This document shows positions 1-10,261 of a stretch of 64,000 nucleotides of DNA, one piece after another. The stretch is taken from the NCBI GenBank assembly GCA_963748135.1, contig CAVVHY010000012.1, positions 24,390-88,389 on the forward strand. The letters are read 5' to 3'. The position numbers and the translations under genes were made by a program. A model generated the notes under the pieces. The model saw nothing but the letters and a program-made list of their open reading frames with translations. It was not told where the DNA came from and made no database searches. Origin of the DNA: an uncultured Gammaproteobacteria bacterium. Lineage in GTDB: Bacteria; Pseudomonadota; Gammaproteobacteria; JBGSLN01. Positions within the stretch are counted from its first letter, which is position 1. The number at the start of each line of letters is the position of its first letter.

Positions 1-1964
1 TTGTTATGGTATCTCTCAATTAAGACATCGATAAGGCTGCGTCGCCTTTTATAATTGGAACGGTTACTTTTACTAGATCTACAATAAGCTAATGTGTTGT
101 CATTGGGAAAGACCTGGTAGTAACATTGTAATACTTTGTCTATATCATTAACTTCTAATGAATCAAGTTTATTAACAAGATAGCCTAATGTTTGTTGTGG
201 AGTGATTAAGTGCATCTCACGAATACAAGTTTCTTCCTTAGCAAACGGGTATTTACATTCTGCACGTATATTATAATCATCAATGAACCGTTTGATTTTG
301 TCTATACCATAAATTTTTATGAGGTCAATATTGCATACCATTTCATGCAGAAATAATTTATTCAGATAGAATGTATTATTTTTTTGCAAATAGTTAATCA
401 AGTTTTGATTATTTGTTCTGACCGCATATTCGCTAATGTTCTCCTGCCTGGCTAGATTTAAAAAAGGTATTAAACTATACATTCTATTTAATCTATACTC
501 TAAATTCATCCGTTCATTGTTTGATATTTTATTTTGGCGCACATTTTCAACAAGCTTTTTCACTATTTTTTTTAATTCCGATACATGAGATTTACACCAG
601 ATGAAAAAATTATCAATTGTTAATGCTTGAATTTCTTCTGGATTAATTTCTTTAAAATAATTTGTTAACATGTCTAAACATTTGTTAATCATATTAAGAG
701 AGTACTCTCCCTCGACCTGAAGTGTGAAAAGTGTAATCGAAATAATTAATTCTGCTGGAAGTTGTTTTTGGTATGTTGGAGATTTATCATAATGTCCTTT
801 TAAGAATGAAAAGACTAAACGAAAGAGATTTTTAATCTCGTTTGGCTTATTTACTTGTATATTATTGCTACGTTTACTCTTTGTGTAGTTTTGTTTACTC
901 TGATTTTCTTCGTTCTCTGAATTTTTATTATTACTATTTTTTAGGTAGCTAAGTCGTATTAAAATCGCTTCAATTAAATCAAAATTACTTGCTTTGTTAT
1001 CTTTATCTGATGCCTTTTGCTTCAGCTCTATACTTGAATTAGCTGTAAGCTCTCTATTAGAAGTATCAATTTGTTCATCTGGCTCGGTTGTATTATCTTG
1101 TTTGGGTTTTAACAACTCCAATATTGATTCATCGGCGTTTGCTCTTTGTGCCATCCTGTATGGAGAAATCAATTTGGTTCCTTTTCTATAATTTCTAAAA
1201 TCAGTATATTCGTCGTCTACATCTAAATTATGGTCTAATAAAAACTGAATGACCTCTTTTGTTATTGCTGTTTTGTTTTGGCGATCAAAATATAAAAATT
1301 TAAAACATAACTGCAAGCTTTTTGAAATTAAATCAATCTCAGGATGATCTTTTAAAATATAATTAGCTATAATTTTGTAGTTGCTAAATAAATTATTGTC
1401 TATACTTAATTTAAGTAGTTCAATATATGTGTGCGTCTTTAGTGGTACATTGTTGAGAAATAATTTTAGTAAATTCTCATCATCTCCTTCCGTAATGTGT
1501 TGATATAAACTCCAACAATACGCCAAATCATATTCATCATTTGAATGGACATATTTACAAGCATCTTTGAGTTGGTTAACTAATTTTGATTCAGGGTCAT
1601 TAGACTTGATAAATGTTCTTGTGACGATTAGGTTTGTGAATTGTTCGCTAAACAATTGTGTGAAACTTTGTAAGCCCCATGGCTTTAACCAATCTTTTGG
1701 TCTCGAAAAAATTGTTTTCTCATTTCGAAGAAATTCTTCAGCAAAGTAATTCTTTTTGGTTTGTAAAGTGGTTAACAGTGCTCTAATTTGTAAATATTTC
1801 CGGTATTTGATATCAGGACAATCGTCATCACTAATGTTTTCGAGTATAGTCTTCAGTTTAGTAGCAATCCCTGCAAGCTCTGCAAGGTCACTATGTGATA
1901 CGTCGCAGCCCGAAATATGATGGTGATACCACTCATTATATGAATCTATAATGTCTTGCTTCAT
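1..1964 (-). CDS. Hypothetical protein, >=654 aa, runs off the left edge (absent from the ORF track)
   Basis: ATG at 1964 (MKQDIIDSYNEWYHHHISGCDVSH...). I checked the frame line by line and found no stop down to position 1. No recognisable domain. Confidence 0.8.
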   Translation of the reverse strand, partial: MKQDIIDSYNEWYHHHISGCDVSHSDLAELAGIATKLKTILENISDDDCPDIKYRKYLQIRALLTTLQTKKNYFAEEFLRNEKTIFSRPKDWLKPWGLQSFTQLFSEQFTNLIVTRTFIKSNDPESKLVNQLKDACKYVHSNDEYDLAYCWSLYQHITEGDDENLLKLFLNNVPLKTHTYIELLKLSIDNNLFSNYKIIANYILKDHPEIDLISKSLQLCFKFLYFDRQNKTAITKEVIQFLLDHNLDVDDEYTDFRNYRKGTKLISPYRMAQRANADESILELLKPKQDNTTEPDEQIDTSNRELTANSSIELKQKASDKDNKASNFDLIEAILIRLSYLKNSNNKNSENEENQSKQNYTKSKRSNNIQVNKPNEIKNLFRLVFSFLKGHYDKSPTYQKQLPAELIISITLFTLQVEGEYSLNMINKCLDMLTNYFKEINPEEIQALTIDNFFIWCKSHVSELKKIVKKLVENVRQNKISNNERMNLEYRLNRMYSLIPFLNLARQENISEYAVRTNNQNLINYLQKNNTFYLNKLFLHEMVCNIDLIKIYGIDKIKRFIDDYNIRAECKYPFAKEETCIREMHLITPQQTLGYLVNKLDSLEVNDIDKVLQCYYQVFPNDNTLAYCRSSKSNRSNYKRRRSLIDVLIERYHN

Positions 1965-2199
1965 AAAAAATCCTGTCTTACCTTTGCTTGCAAAGTTCAT
2001 CAAAAAAACATGCAATAAGTAATCATCATACCAAAGTTGCACGTAATCGCCTTGTTATGAAAGGTCATAATAACTGTTAAATTAAGCCTGATTGAGTTGA
2101 GGTGATCAGGGTGATATTTTCATTGATTTTATCTAGCTAGGTTGAAAGATCCTTGATTCCAGGTCCTGCTGATAGTTATCTAAGTTAATCACACTACCT

Positions 2200-2492
2200 G
2201 CGGAACGGTGTGGTCTTGAATTGTCACATTTTAGCTGAAGATTGGGACAGACGTTTGTCATTTCAAAGACTGATCTCGGAGTATTTAATACATATAAGCA
2301 AAGAATTAATTATTTTTTTATTCATAACCTTGATGCTTATTTTAAGGAGAAGCCATTAATTTATATTTTCACTGGCTTCAACCTAGAATCGGCAGTTGAA
2401 ATTGTAGTGAGAGCGCTTAAGCTAATGAAGGTACAGGCGATTCTAGATTCAATGAACTGCAAAATGTGGCAACTGAAGATCCGACCTCGCTA
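2200..2492. repeat. Degenerate MITE-like element (CAGCGGGATCGGATCTTGAATT-type ends) with a nested fragment of the CCTAGAATCGGCAGTTG palindrome family
   Basis: GGTCTTGAATTGTCACATTT...GTCATTTCAAAGACTGA matches copies at 7646, 11928 and 44627. Right end AAGATCCGACCTCGCT at ~2477-2491. CCTAGAATCGGCAGTTGAAAT at 2382. Confidence 0.55.
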
Positions 2493-2667
2493 TTTCTCCT
2501 TGCAATAATACATTCAAATTGTCTTATCGCTGCTAAACATAGAGTTCGCCTAAGGCCCCAGTTTTATAGGAACCTTAAAAAACAGCGACCTAATTTAAAC
2601 ACTGACGTTGTCTTGCTTATCTAAAATACGCAGAACATCTGGTATTGGTACCAAAAGGAAAACATTA

Positions 2668-2689
2668 GTGTCCATCCATTGATGGACAC
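2668..2689. terminator. Probable intrinsic terminator hairpin downstream of the AraC gene
   Basis: Perfect 9-bp stem GTGTCCATC-CATT-GATGGACAC with T-rich flanks, 31 bp past the AraC stop. Confidence 0.55.
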
Positions 2690-2720
2690 CATTTTTATTT
2701 TGCATGCCTGGTAATTTTCA

Positions 2721-3569
2721 CTACTTAAGCAATAACCAGCATTCAGTCACTAGTTCAGTTTCAGCAACTTGGTGATCGAAGTTATAGTATCTGAAAATGC
2801 AAGGTAAATCCCCAAGCTCTTCTCCTGACTTTGGCAACCAATCTCGATACAACCCATAGACACTGTCGCTAATATTATCACGTGAACCTTTATGGACAGT
2901 CACGGCATAACGTCCAGCAGGCAATCGCTTCTCCATAATCTCTCCACCCAGTTTTGTTTGTTCTGGTACTGTAATAGCAAGGTCAAAACGAAACTCTTCT
3001 CCAGGTGTAGTTTTTGGATCATCATACGCAAATCCAAAAGCCTCTCCTGGTTTAGGCTTTAAATCAAACGGCTGCGCTTTTGCCCAATTGATTAGCTTAT
3101 TAACACTATCACCTACATTCTTAGGATCACCACGGTGTTCCAGCACCGCTAAGCGTCTTGCTTTCATCTCTTTAACAACAACATTCATTTTCATATCTCC
3201 TTGTTTTGGCAAACAGTACGGTGGTTTTTCCCATGATTGCCAACTCATCTGTGATCTAAATACACTTGGGCTGACACCACAACTTTGTTTGAATGCCCTC
3301 GTAAACGCTTCATGAGATTCAAACCCCGCATTGATTGCAATTGCAATAATTGGTTTATCTTTATAAACAATTAACTGATGAGCAGCCCGTTTTAAGCGTA
3401 ACCATCGAATATATTGCTGTAACGATAAACCTGTATATGCGGTAAATAAGCGATGAAAATGATATTTTGAAAAGCAGGCAACATCACTTAACTGATCTAA
3501 TGTCAGCTTTTCATCAAGATGTTTACCAATATATTCGATAACCTTTTGTAAATGACGTTTATAATTCAT
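2721..3569 (-). CDS. AraC-family transcriptional regulator with C-terminal GyrI-like effector-binding domain
   Basis: N-terminal AraC HTH (LSDVACFSKYHFHRLF...AGFESHEAFTRAFKQ) followed by a GyrI-like domain (RYAVTVHKG...YRDWLPKSG). Confidence 0.92.
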   Translation of the reverse strand: MNYKRHLQKVIEYIGKHLDEKLTLDQLSDVACFSKYHFHRLFTAYTGLSLQQYIRWLRLKRAAHQLIVYKDKPIIAIAINAGFESHEAFTRAFKQSCGVSPSVFRSQMSWQSWEKPPYCLPKQGDMKMNVVVKEMKARRLAVLEHRGDPKNVGDSVNKLINWAKAQPFDLKPKPGEAFGFAYDDPKTTPGEEFRFDLAITVPEQTKLGGEIMEKRLPAGRYAVTVHKGSRDNISDSVYGLYRDWLPKSGEELGDLPCIFRYYNFDHQVAETELVTECWLLLK

Positions 3570-3949
3570 GCTTATCTCATTTGCACCATTTTATTTACAT
3601 AAAACAAGGTTAACCTAACTGTTAAGCACTTGCTTGACCATTATTGCTAAATTTAAGAAATTTATTCGGCAAAATTAGCTTAAAATCAATTAATATCATC
3701 AAGGTTATTACATCATCTTTTGATTTGGAATTTACGTTCTTCTGAATATAACAAGTGGTTAATACAGTAGGGTCACCTTATTGTAGCCAGATGAATCAAA
3801 ATGTTGCGCTTCAAATTCGTTTCAACTGCAGATTTTAGGATTATGTGCTTGTTAATTTTTCTATTTAATCCATTGTTCTATTTTTCCTTGTTTAAACTAT
3901 TGTCATGGTCGATTTTAATTCTTCAGTTATATCCTCTAAAAAATATGAG

Positions 3950-3967
3950 GTCAAGACTTGATCCCGT
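3950..3967. repeat. Solitary half-copy of the GGGGTCAAGTCTTGAC REP-like family
   Basis: GTCAAGACTTGATCCCGT, one mismatch to the right arm of the copies at 41464 and 47327. Confidence 0.5.
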
Positions 3968-4016
3968 ATTCTCATAACTGATTATTTCTAAATCTGGTGT
4001 TTAATTCCCAGGGCTT

Positions 4017-4388
4017 TCAGTTGCCTGTTAGATCTGTACTTTCGAAATCTCGTCGTGACGCCAGTATCTTTTCACCCGGACCTTCACCCCACTTGCGTAA
4101 CTCTTGCAATAGATTTTTTAATGAGTTGCCTAGTTCTGTAAGTTCGTATTCAACTTTGGGTGGAACAACCGGGTACACCGTCCTGGAAATAAGACGGTCG
4201 TTTTCAAGCTCACGTAACTGCCGCGTTAGCATACGTTGTGAAACACTCGGTATTAGTCGACGTAATTCATTAAATCTTTTTTTGCCACTTAGCAAATGAT
4301 AGAGTACTACACCCTTCCATTTACCACCTATGAGTTCTAAAGCCACCTCAACTGAGCAAGCTGAGTGACAGTCATATCGTCTTTTCAT
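4017..4388 (-). CDS. HxlR-family winged-helix transcriptional regulator
   Basis: CSVEVALELIGGKWK...RFNELRR...VSQRMLTRQLRELE...PPKVEYELT signature. Confidence 0.95.
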   Translation of the reverse strand: MKRRYDCHSACSVEVALELIGGKWKGVVLYHLLSGKKRFNELRRLIPSVSQRMLTRQLRELENDRLISRTVYPVVPPKVEYELTELGNSLKNLLQELRKWGEGPGEKILASRRDFESTDLTGN

Positions 4389-4502
4389 ACAGTATCATTC
4401 CTATAGTATACATAATGTTACTATAGCACATTAATGTGCGTACTTGCAATATGAGACCATTCATATATACTTTAAGTACAAATTAGTTAGGAGGAAATAT
4501 GT

Positions 4503-5060
4503 ATGTATAGTGGTAGAAGCAGTATAGGGAGTCAAACGGCTATGAATATAGCTCATGATAAAGGAATATTTAATGCCAACACAAAACGTCAACGGCAAGT
4601 GAAAATGCGGATTAGAGCATCAAAGGATAGACTTGATACGTTACTAAGCAAACTTGATAGTACTGAGCTATCATCTATTGACTGGCAAGCAAAGCTCGAC
4701 AGCCATGAATTAATAAAAGAACATAGATTAATTTTATTGCTCCATTCTTTAGTGAAGGGAATTGAATATACTCCACCTGTTTTAAGACGCATAGGTGCCG
4801 ATGACAAAGATACGCTTTATAATATCATTCGTGATAATAAACACGGTATTGAAAAAGATGAACTTCACAAACTACTTAGTGATTCACTTGAGACGAATGA
4901 AAAAAAAGAGCCAAAAACAGCACTTGGGATTATATGGTATCAACGGCGAGGTTTTTTTAATTGTCACCCGAATAGAGGGACGTTGAAAAACGTAAGCAAC
5001 ATTGTATCTTCAATATCAAAAGATGATAAACATTATCAAAAAGGAGTGAATGTAACATGA
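4503..5060 (+). CDS. Hypothetical protein, 185 aa
   Basis: AGGAGG RBS before the ATG. Stop overlaps the SDR start (ATGA). No known domain. Confidence 0.65.
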   Translation: MYSGRSSIGSQTAMNIAHDKGIFNANTKRQRQVKMRIRASKDRLDTLLSKLDSTELSSIDWQAKLDSHELIKEHRLILLLHSLVKGIEYTPPVLRRIGADDKDTLYNIIRDNKHGIEKDELHKLLSDSLETNEKKEPKTALGIIWYQRRGFFNCHPNRGTLKNVSNIVSSISKDDKHYQKGVNVT

Positions 5061-5665
5061 AAAAAGTATTAGTTATCGGTGCAAGTGGAACTATTGGTAA
5101 AACCATAGTGAGGGAACTTGAAGCTGATTGCGAAGTGATCCAAGTCTCTGGATCTAAAAGTAAATATACGGCAGATATTAGTTCTAGTGCCTCTATCACG
5201 GCACTTTATAAAAAATTTAGCGACGTTGATGCTGTTATTTGTGCGGCCGCAAGAGGTGTAATTTTTTCATCGCTAGACGAAATGACAAAAGAATCCTATC
5301 TGCAAAGCCTACAGAGCAAGCAGCTTGGGCAAATAGATCTTGTTGTCCAAGGTATTAAGTTGTTGGGAGATCATGTCTCGTATACATTAACCACTGGGTT
5401 ATTGAATGCCGATCCAATTCCTAAAGGTACGGCTGCAGCCATGGTGAATGGCGCGATAGAAGGTTTTGTCAAAGCTGCCGCTATTGATATGCCTGGTAAG
5501 CAACGTGTGAATGTTGTATCGCCAGCGCTATTACAAGAGTCAGTTGAGAAATACCGAGAGCTCTTCCAAGGATATTTGCCAGTACCAACTCTTAATGTCG
5601 CATTAGCCTATCGCAAAAGCATAATGGGTTGTCAAACAGGTAACATTATTCGGGTAGGTTGGTAG
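5057..5665 (+). CDS. Short-chain dehydrogenase/reductase (atypical short SDR)
   Basis: Rossmann motif VIGASGTIG, DAVICAA, RVNVVSP. Divergent from HxlR, a common pairing. Confidence 0.9.
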   Translation: MKKVLVIGASGTIGKTIVRELEADCEVIQVSGSKSKYTADISSSASITALYKKFSDVDAVICAAARGVIFSSLDEMTKESYLQSLQSKQLGQIDLVVQGIKLLGDHVSYTLTTGLLNADPIPKGTAAAMVNGAIEGFVKAAAIDMPGKQRVNVVSPALLQESVEKYRELFQGYLPVPTLNVALAYRKSIMGCQTGNIIRVGW

Positions 5666-6002
5666 GAAGGACGGGGTTAGATGTTGAATTATCACATTTT
5701 GCAAAAATTCTGAAAAGATTACCATATAAAAAAGCAATTATTTTAAAAGACAATAGACATGCATGGCCACTGATGATCAGATAGTTTTTTGCAAAAAAAA
5801 AGTAAAAGGAAAAAGCAATGCATGCTGTCACGTTAAGTCAAAATTAATTCACTTTAACGCTAATATAATTTGTTTCTTTTTGATCTAAAAAATGCCATTG
5901 CCATATCGCCCTATGATAAATTCATAATTTAAATTAGAAAATATTGCGAGTGGATTTGACCGTCAAGCATTTGCTCACGCTTATTGGACGCCAACAAAAC
6001 GT

Positions 6003-7253
6003 TTGCAATTCGAGGCGTTTGTTAAGCAAATTAACCCAATAATTTTAAATAATGATGCCATTTTAAATTTGCTGACAATGCCAAATAGCACAGATAAAGC
6101 AACGATTCAACAAAGAATGATAGATGTAGTTGAGTATTATAATCAATTAATTAAGTTAAGCAATCTAAAAAATCTATCAGTCCATCTATTAAACAACAGC
6201 GAAGCTTGGCAGCGTTTTGTAATGAGCGTCCCAGGGGATAATGTTGCTAAAAAAATTCAAGCGATGAAAAAACTTGATGCCTTGTGGCAGGATGATGATA
6301 TTAATTATGAGACTCTTGATCAACCTGACTGGAATTATGATTCTATCACAGCAGCGCTTGATAGATTTATTGACTTAAGAGAGCAAAAAGCTACTGCGCT
6401 TAAACGCATGGATCAAATAAGCTCTAATATACTTAACATTGAGTATCAGTATCATGCAACATTGCGGTTTAAAATCGTGAACGCTAAAGATTTAAATGAG
6501 CTCAGGAATATTATGGAATATGTGCAAATGCTATGGCCCGCCTTGAGTGAGGATGCAACAAGGCACTCAGAACAATCACTTTTCCAGCAGCTCGGTGTAT
6601 ATCAAACATTACTAATTATAGATCATTTGTCGAATGTTTTACCTTTTGCCCCTTTAGCATGTGATAAATCTGATTATTCTAAGGAAAAAGCCCAAGTAAG
6701 GATGATGCGAGGATTGTTAATTCGCCATCAAGAGCATAGTAATATCGAAACATCACGACAGCTTATTACAAATATGCAAGTCCCCTCAGGTCAAACATCA
6801 GATGCAATTGCCATCTTCGATAGTATGGTAACAACCTGCAGTGAAAATAGTCCACATGTTACTGAAGGTGAACTGCAACCCTGCTATCCAGGAACGCAAG
6901 CCCTTAGAAGATGTATCATTTATCTGTTGCTTGGTATGGAATGTAGTAACAATCCAGGGAAGTTGAAAAATCCTGAAAATGCCTATCGAGATCTTTACGA
7001 TGCATTAATAAAAGATCCTAAGGATCTTGCAGAGATTATAACTACTTTCAAAAAATCGCATCAACGTGACTTATCATCAAGATTTTTTAGACGATCCACG
7101 CGCACTACCGATCAATATTTTGTTGATCGATTACTTGAGTTAGTCTCTGATATTGATGCATTCGATGCAAAAATACAAGAGACAACCGATCTAACTCAGC
7201 TCTATAATAAAGTACACGAATGGCATTTTACCAAAAACACAAAGCAACTCTAA
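6003..7253 (+). CDS. Hypothetical helical protein, ~416 aa (candidate effector; start uncertain)
   Basis: Long clean ORF with a TTG start in the track. No recognisable motif. Confidence 0.7.
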   Translation: MQFEAFVKQINPIILNNDAILNLLTMPNSTDKATIQQRMIDVVEYYNQLIKLSNLKNLSVHLLNNSEAWQRFVMSVPGDNVAKKIQAMKKLDALWQDDDINYETLDQPDWNYDSITAALDRFIDLREQKATALKRMDQISSNILNIEYQYHATLRFKIVNAKDLNELRNIMEYVQMLWPALSEDATRHSEQSLFQQLGVYQTLLIIDHLSNVLPFAPLACDKSDYSKEKAQVRMMRGLLIRHQEHSNIETSRQLITNMQVPSGQTSDAIAIFDSMVTTCSENSPHVTEGELQPCYPGTQALRRCIIYLLLGMECSNNPGKLKNPENAYRDLYDALIKDPKDLAEIITTFKKSHQRDLSSRFFRRSTRTTDQYFVDRLLELVSDIDAFDAKIQETTDLTQLYNKVHEWHFTKNTKQL

Positions 7254-7645
7254 GATCTATGCCTTGCCATCGTAGTCGGGACGATCAAAATGATCCTATG
7301 TGGATTAGGTGATCAGACAAAATAATCACCTACTTTATTTGAATTATCAGACCTGATGTTAGTTTTTACATTTTAACAATGGGGCTTCATTAAAAGGTTG
7401 TTGTAAGCTTTTATAAAAATTTATTAGTATCAGATTGTCATGCTTATTTGCAATTTCAAACACTATCCGGTTTATGATTCTTGGCAAGAAATTGAGAATC
7501 AACTGATGACTTATACATGGGTAACACCTTTATAATATGTTAGATGAAGATCTTAAGGTTTATATCAATATGTATTCTATAAGAAAAAATTTGCATTAAC
7601 CTTGTTAGGGATGCCATTTTTTATGTTAATATAGGTCATTTCTAG

Positions 7646-7871
7646 CAGACGGCGGATTCTGTTATTGAATTGCCACATGTTGCAAAAATTTGAATACATG
7701 CGCTTGCCTCTTCAAAGATTGACCTCGTAATCCCTAATACCAATGAGTAGGGGTTACTTATTTTTTATCGACACCTTAGGTGATTATTCTTAACAAGTAG
7801 CCAGAAAGTAATATTTGCTCTGGCACCAATGTTTTTTGCAAAATGCGGCAAATCAAGATCCGATCCCACTG
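7646..7871. mobile_element. ~225-bp MITE-like element, full-length copy
   Basis: Colinear with 44627-44848 (shared CCCTAATAC...CACCTTAGGTGATTATTCT...ATATTTGCTCTGGCACCAATG). Imperfect inverted ends, right end TCAAGATCCGATCCCACTG. Confidence 0.65.
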
Positions 7872-7968
7872 CCCACTCAAGTAGGGACTTGCTGTACAAA
7901 TGAGATTATTATATGTATAATATACGTTCAATTACCTGAGATAAGTAAAGCTCACCGAGGAATAGCTC

Positions 7969-9822
7969 GTGCCAACAACCGATTTCATATTGTTAAACAT
8001 CACGTCGGACAATGAAGTTGCTTCACCAAAATTATCCGACTGGCTGAAAGAGAGGCCTGATTTAGAATGCTTTGCGAGTATTATGGAAGCCAGGCAAGCA
8101 TTATTACAAACTTCACCTGAACTCGGGGAAACTACCTACATTATTGCGCGTACTCGAGACGAATTGGATAACTCCCAATATAAGACAGTTGGCGTTTACA
8201 CTAACTGGCAGAGAGACTATAAACAAAGTTACGCCTACAAATATTCTTCATGTGATAGCTTGTCAGAAAAAACGCCAGACTTCACACCGCCAAATGCTAA
8301 CGAACCGGATTTAGCTTGGAATAATTTACCTGTCGAACTATGGATGAAGATAGCTAAAGATTATTTAAATGGTCGAGAGTCATGGAATTTAGCGCGAACT
8401 TGCCGGCAGTTATTTTTTGGTGGATCAAATCGATTAGATTCAAGCTTGTTAGTAGAGCATGCGCGACAAACATATCTTGCTGAACTTAAGATGCAAATCA
8501 ATGCTGTTAAATTCAGTGTAGGTGGGGGACTTGCTGTTTGTATGTCTTCTGATGCGGTGTATGCCTGGGGAAGTAACCGTTACGGTCAAATTAGGCGCAG
8601 ATTACCAGTTAACTTTTTAAAACAAGATGAAACAATCAGTCAAGTTATAGTCGGCGCAACACTGCTTTGGCAAGAAAATCACATGTTCATGGTTACCAAC
8701 CAAGGGCGCTGTTTTGGCTGGGGATCGAATGAGTTTGGCCAATTAGGTCTGGGGTATGAGCAATATATAAATGTTCCCATCGAGTTACCCCTATTTTCTT
8801 TAGCCAAGGATGAAGGAATAAGTCAGCTTGTGACTGGCCTTTTTCACTCATTGATGTTAACAAGCAAAGGACGCTGTTTTGTATGGGGGGCGAATGAGGT
8901 TGGTCAATTAGGGCTTGGAGATTACCGAAATAGAAATTTTCCTACCGAATTGCCGCTTAATTTTTTAAATCCAGATGAAAAGATAAGTCAGGTTACTGCT
9001 TATTATAATTACACTCTCATGGTTACAACCGAAGGCCGCTGTTTTGTATGGGGACTTAACGACAATTATCAATTAGGTCTTGGAAACAATTTCAATATAA
9101 ACACACCAACCGAATTGCCCCTTACTTTTTTAAGGTTGGATGAGAATGAAAGGATAAAACAAATTGTTGGTGGCAATGATCACATACTCATGCTAACTAG
9201 CCACGGCCGTTGTTTTGTATGGGGGAGAAACGTCTATGGTGTATTAGGTATGCCGGGTGACAATGGGCATAGAAGGGTTCCCACTGAGTTGCCGCTGACC
9301 TTTTTACATGCGGGTGAGAGCATCAGTCAACTTGTGGCTGGCGGTTATCACTCACTTATGGTCACCAGTGAAGGACGCTATTTTGTATGTGGTGTTAATG
9401 ATCAGGGCCAATTAGGGCTGGGGGATTATCATTGTAGACATGTCCCCATCGAGCTACCACTAACTTTTTTAGCCACAAATGAAGAAATAAATCAGGTTTT
9501 AACAGGCACAGCTTGCACACAAATAGTCACAAGCAAAGGCCGCTATTTTGCATGGGGATGGGATTTTCTTGGTATGTTTAGTTCGAGAGCCAATCGCTAT
9601 AACCAGACCCTAGGTCGCTATAACCAGCCCCTAGGTAAAAATGTTCCCACAGAGTATAAATATCCAGGCTCGGAACTTCTGCAAAAACGTATTGCAAATG
9701 CAAATCATTTGCAAAAACTGATAACAAATGCTAAACAATTAGGAAATGCCTCTGATAGTGCGGGTGAGAGTAACTCAGAGCCTTCACAAAAGTTAACAAC
9801 GCTAAAGTGTTCTATTCAATAA
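7969..9822 (+). CDS. F-box + 7x RCC1-repeat protein (eukaryote-like effector candidate)
   Basis: F-box NLPVELWMKIAKDYL...LARTCRQLF. Seven ~55-aa repeats GRCFVWGxNxxGQLGLG. GAGGA RBS before the GTG. Confidence 0.9.
   Translation: MPTTDFILLNITSDNEVASPKLSDWLKERPDLECFASIMEARQALLQTSPELGETTYIIARTRDELDNSQYKTVGVYTNWQRDYKQSYAYKYSSCDSLSEKTPDFTPPNANEPDLAWNNLPVELWMKIAKDYLNGRESWNLARTCRQLFFGGSNRLDSSLLVEHARQTYLAELKMQINAVKFSVGGGLAVCMSSDAVYAWGSNRYGQIRRRLPVNFLKQDETISQVIVGATLLWQENHMFMVTNQGRCFGWGSNEFGQLGLGYEQYINVPIELPLFSLAKDEGISQLVTGLFHSLMLTSKGRCFVWGANEVGQLGLGDYRNRNFPTELPLNFLNPDEKISQVTAYYNYTLMVTTEGRCFVWGLNDNYQLGLGNNFNINTPTELPLTFLRLDENERIKQIVGGNDHILMLTSHGRCFVWGRNVYGVLGMPGDNGHRRVPTELPLTFLHAGESISQLVAGGYHSLMVTSEGRYFVCGVNDQGQLGLGDYHCRHVPIELPLTFLATNEEINQVLTGTACTQIVTSKGRYFAWGWDFLGMFSSRANRYNQTLGRYNQPLGKNVPTEYKYPGSELLQKRIANANHLQKLITNAKQLGNASDSAGESNSEPSQKLTTLKCSIQ
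9594..9635 (+). repeat. In-frame 21-bp tandem duplication (RYNQTLG-RYNQPLG)
   Basis: TCGCTATAACCAGACCCTAGG followed by TCGCTATAACCAGCCCCTAGG. Confidence 0.85.
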
Positions 9823-9900
9823 ACAAGACCGCTAGCTTTTCAAAATCCGCTCCCGCTGTTTACTGAAGCAAAGACAATCTCAACTTATAATGTATTTAAA

Positions 9901-9941
9901 CCTAGCATCGGCAGTTGAAATCTACTACGAACGCTTAATCG
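9901..9941. repeat. Half-copy of the 178-bp palindrome family
   Basis: CCTAGCATCGGCAGTTGAAATCTACTACGAACGCTTAATCG matches one arm of 30343-30520. Confidence 0.7.
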
Positions 9942-9967
9942 TTAATGCTAAGATTAAGCCAACCCCA

Positions 9968-10260
9968 TCAATGCTCATTAATTGTTTGAACCATGATATT
10001 AGGCGTAACTTCTCTTTCAATAACTATACCTGATAGCTCTGCTTTATATGTCGCGAGTCGTTCGAGAATACAACTCATGTCATTAGCAACTTTCCTTAAT
10101 AACAGTGGTTTGCCTGCTTCGTTCACAATGGCAATAACACTATTAGTTGAATGTAAATCAATTCCAGCATATAGTTTCATTTCAGGCTCCTTGGTTAACG
10201 AGTTGTTTTTTATTGAAACCTAAACTTTACCAGTTAACTCGAGGAGCTTTCTATATGATT
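9968..10260 (-). mobile_element. IS110-family remnant: left non-coding end plus truncated DEDD recombinase N-terminus
   Basis: MKLYAGIDLHSTNSVIAIVNEAGK...SGIVIE is the IS110 N-terminal RuvC-like motif. Homology stops after about 55 aa. Confidence 0.85.
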
Positions 10261-10261
10261 A

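Noticed and set aside
994-1749. Short plus-strand ORFs 994-1191 and 1567-1749
   Set aside because: Antisense shadows of the long minus-strand ORF. The same applies to most 60-130-aa track ORFs opposite large genes (e.g. 3088, 14490, 28468, 54187, 58336).
5831-5850. TTAA-N7-TTAA motif as a PmrA box for 6003-7253
   Set aside because: The consensus-matching orientation is opposite to the gene, and such motifs are frequent by chance in AT-rich DNA.
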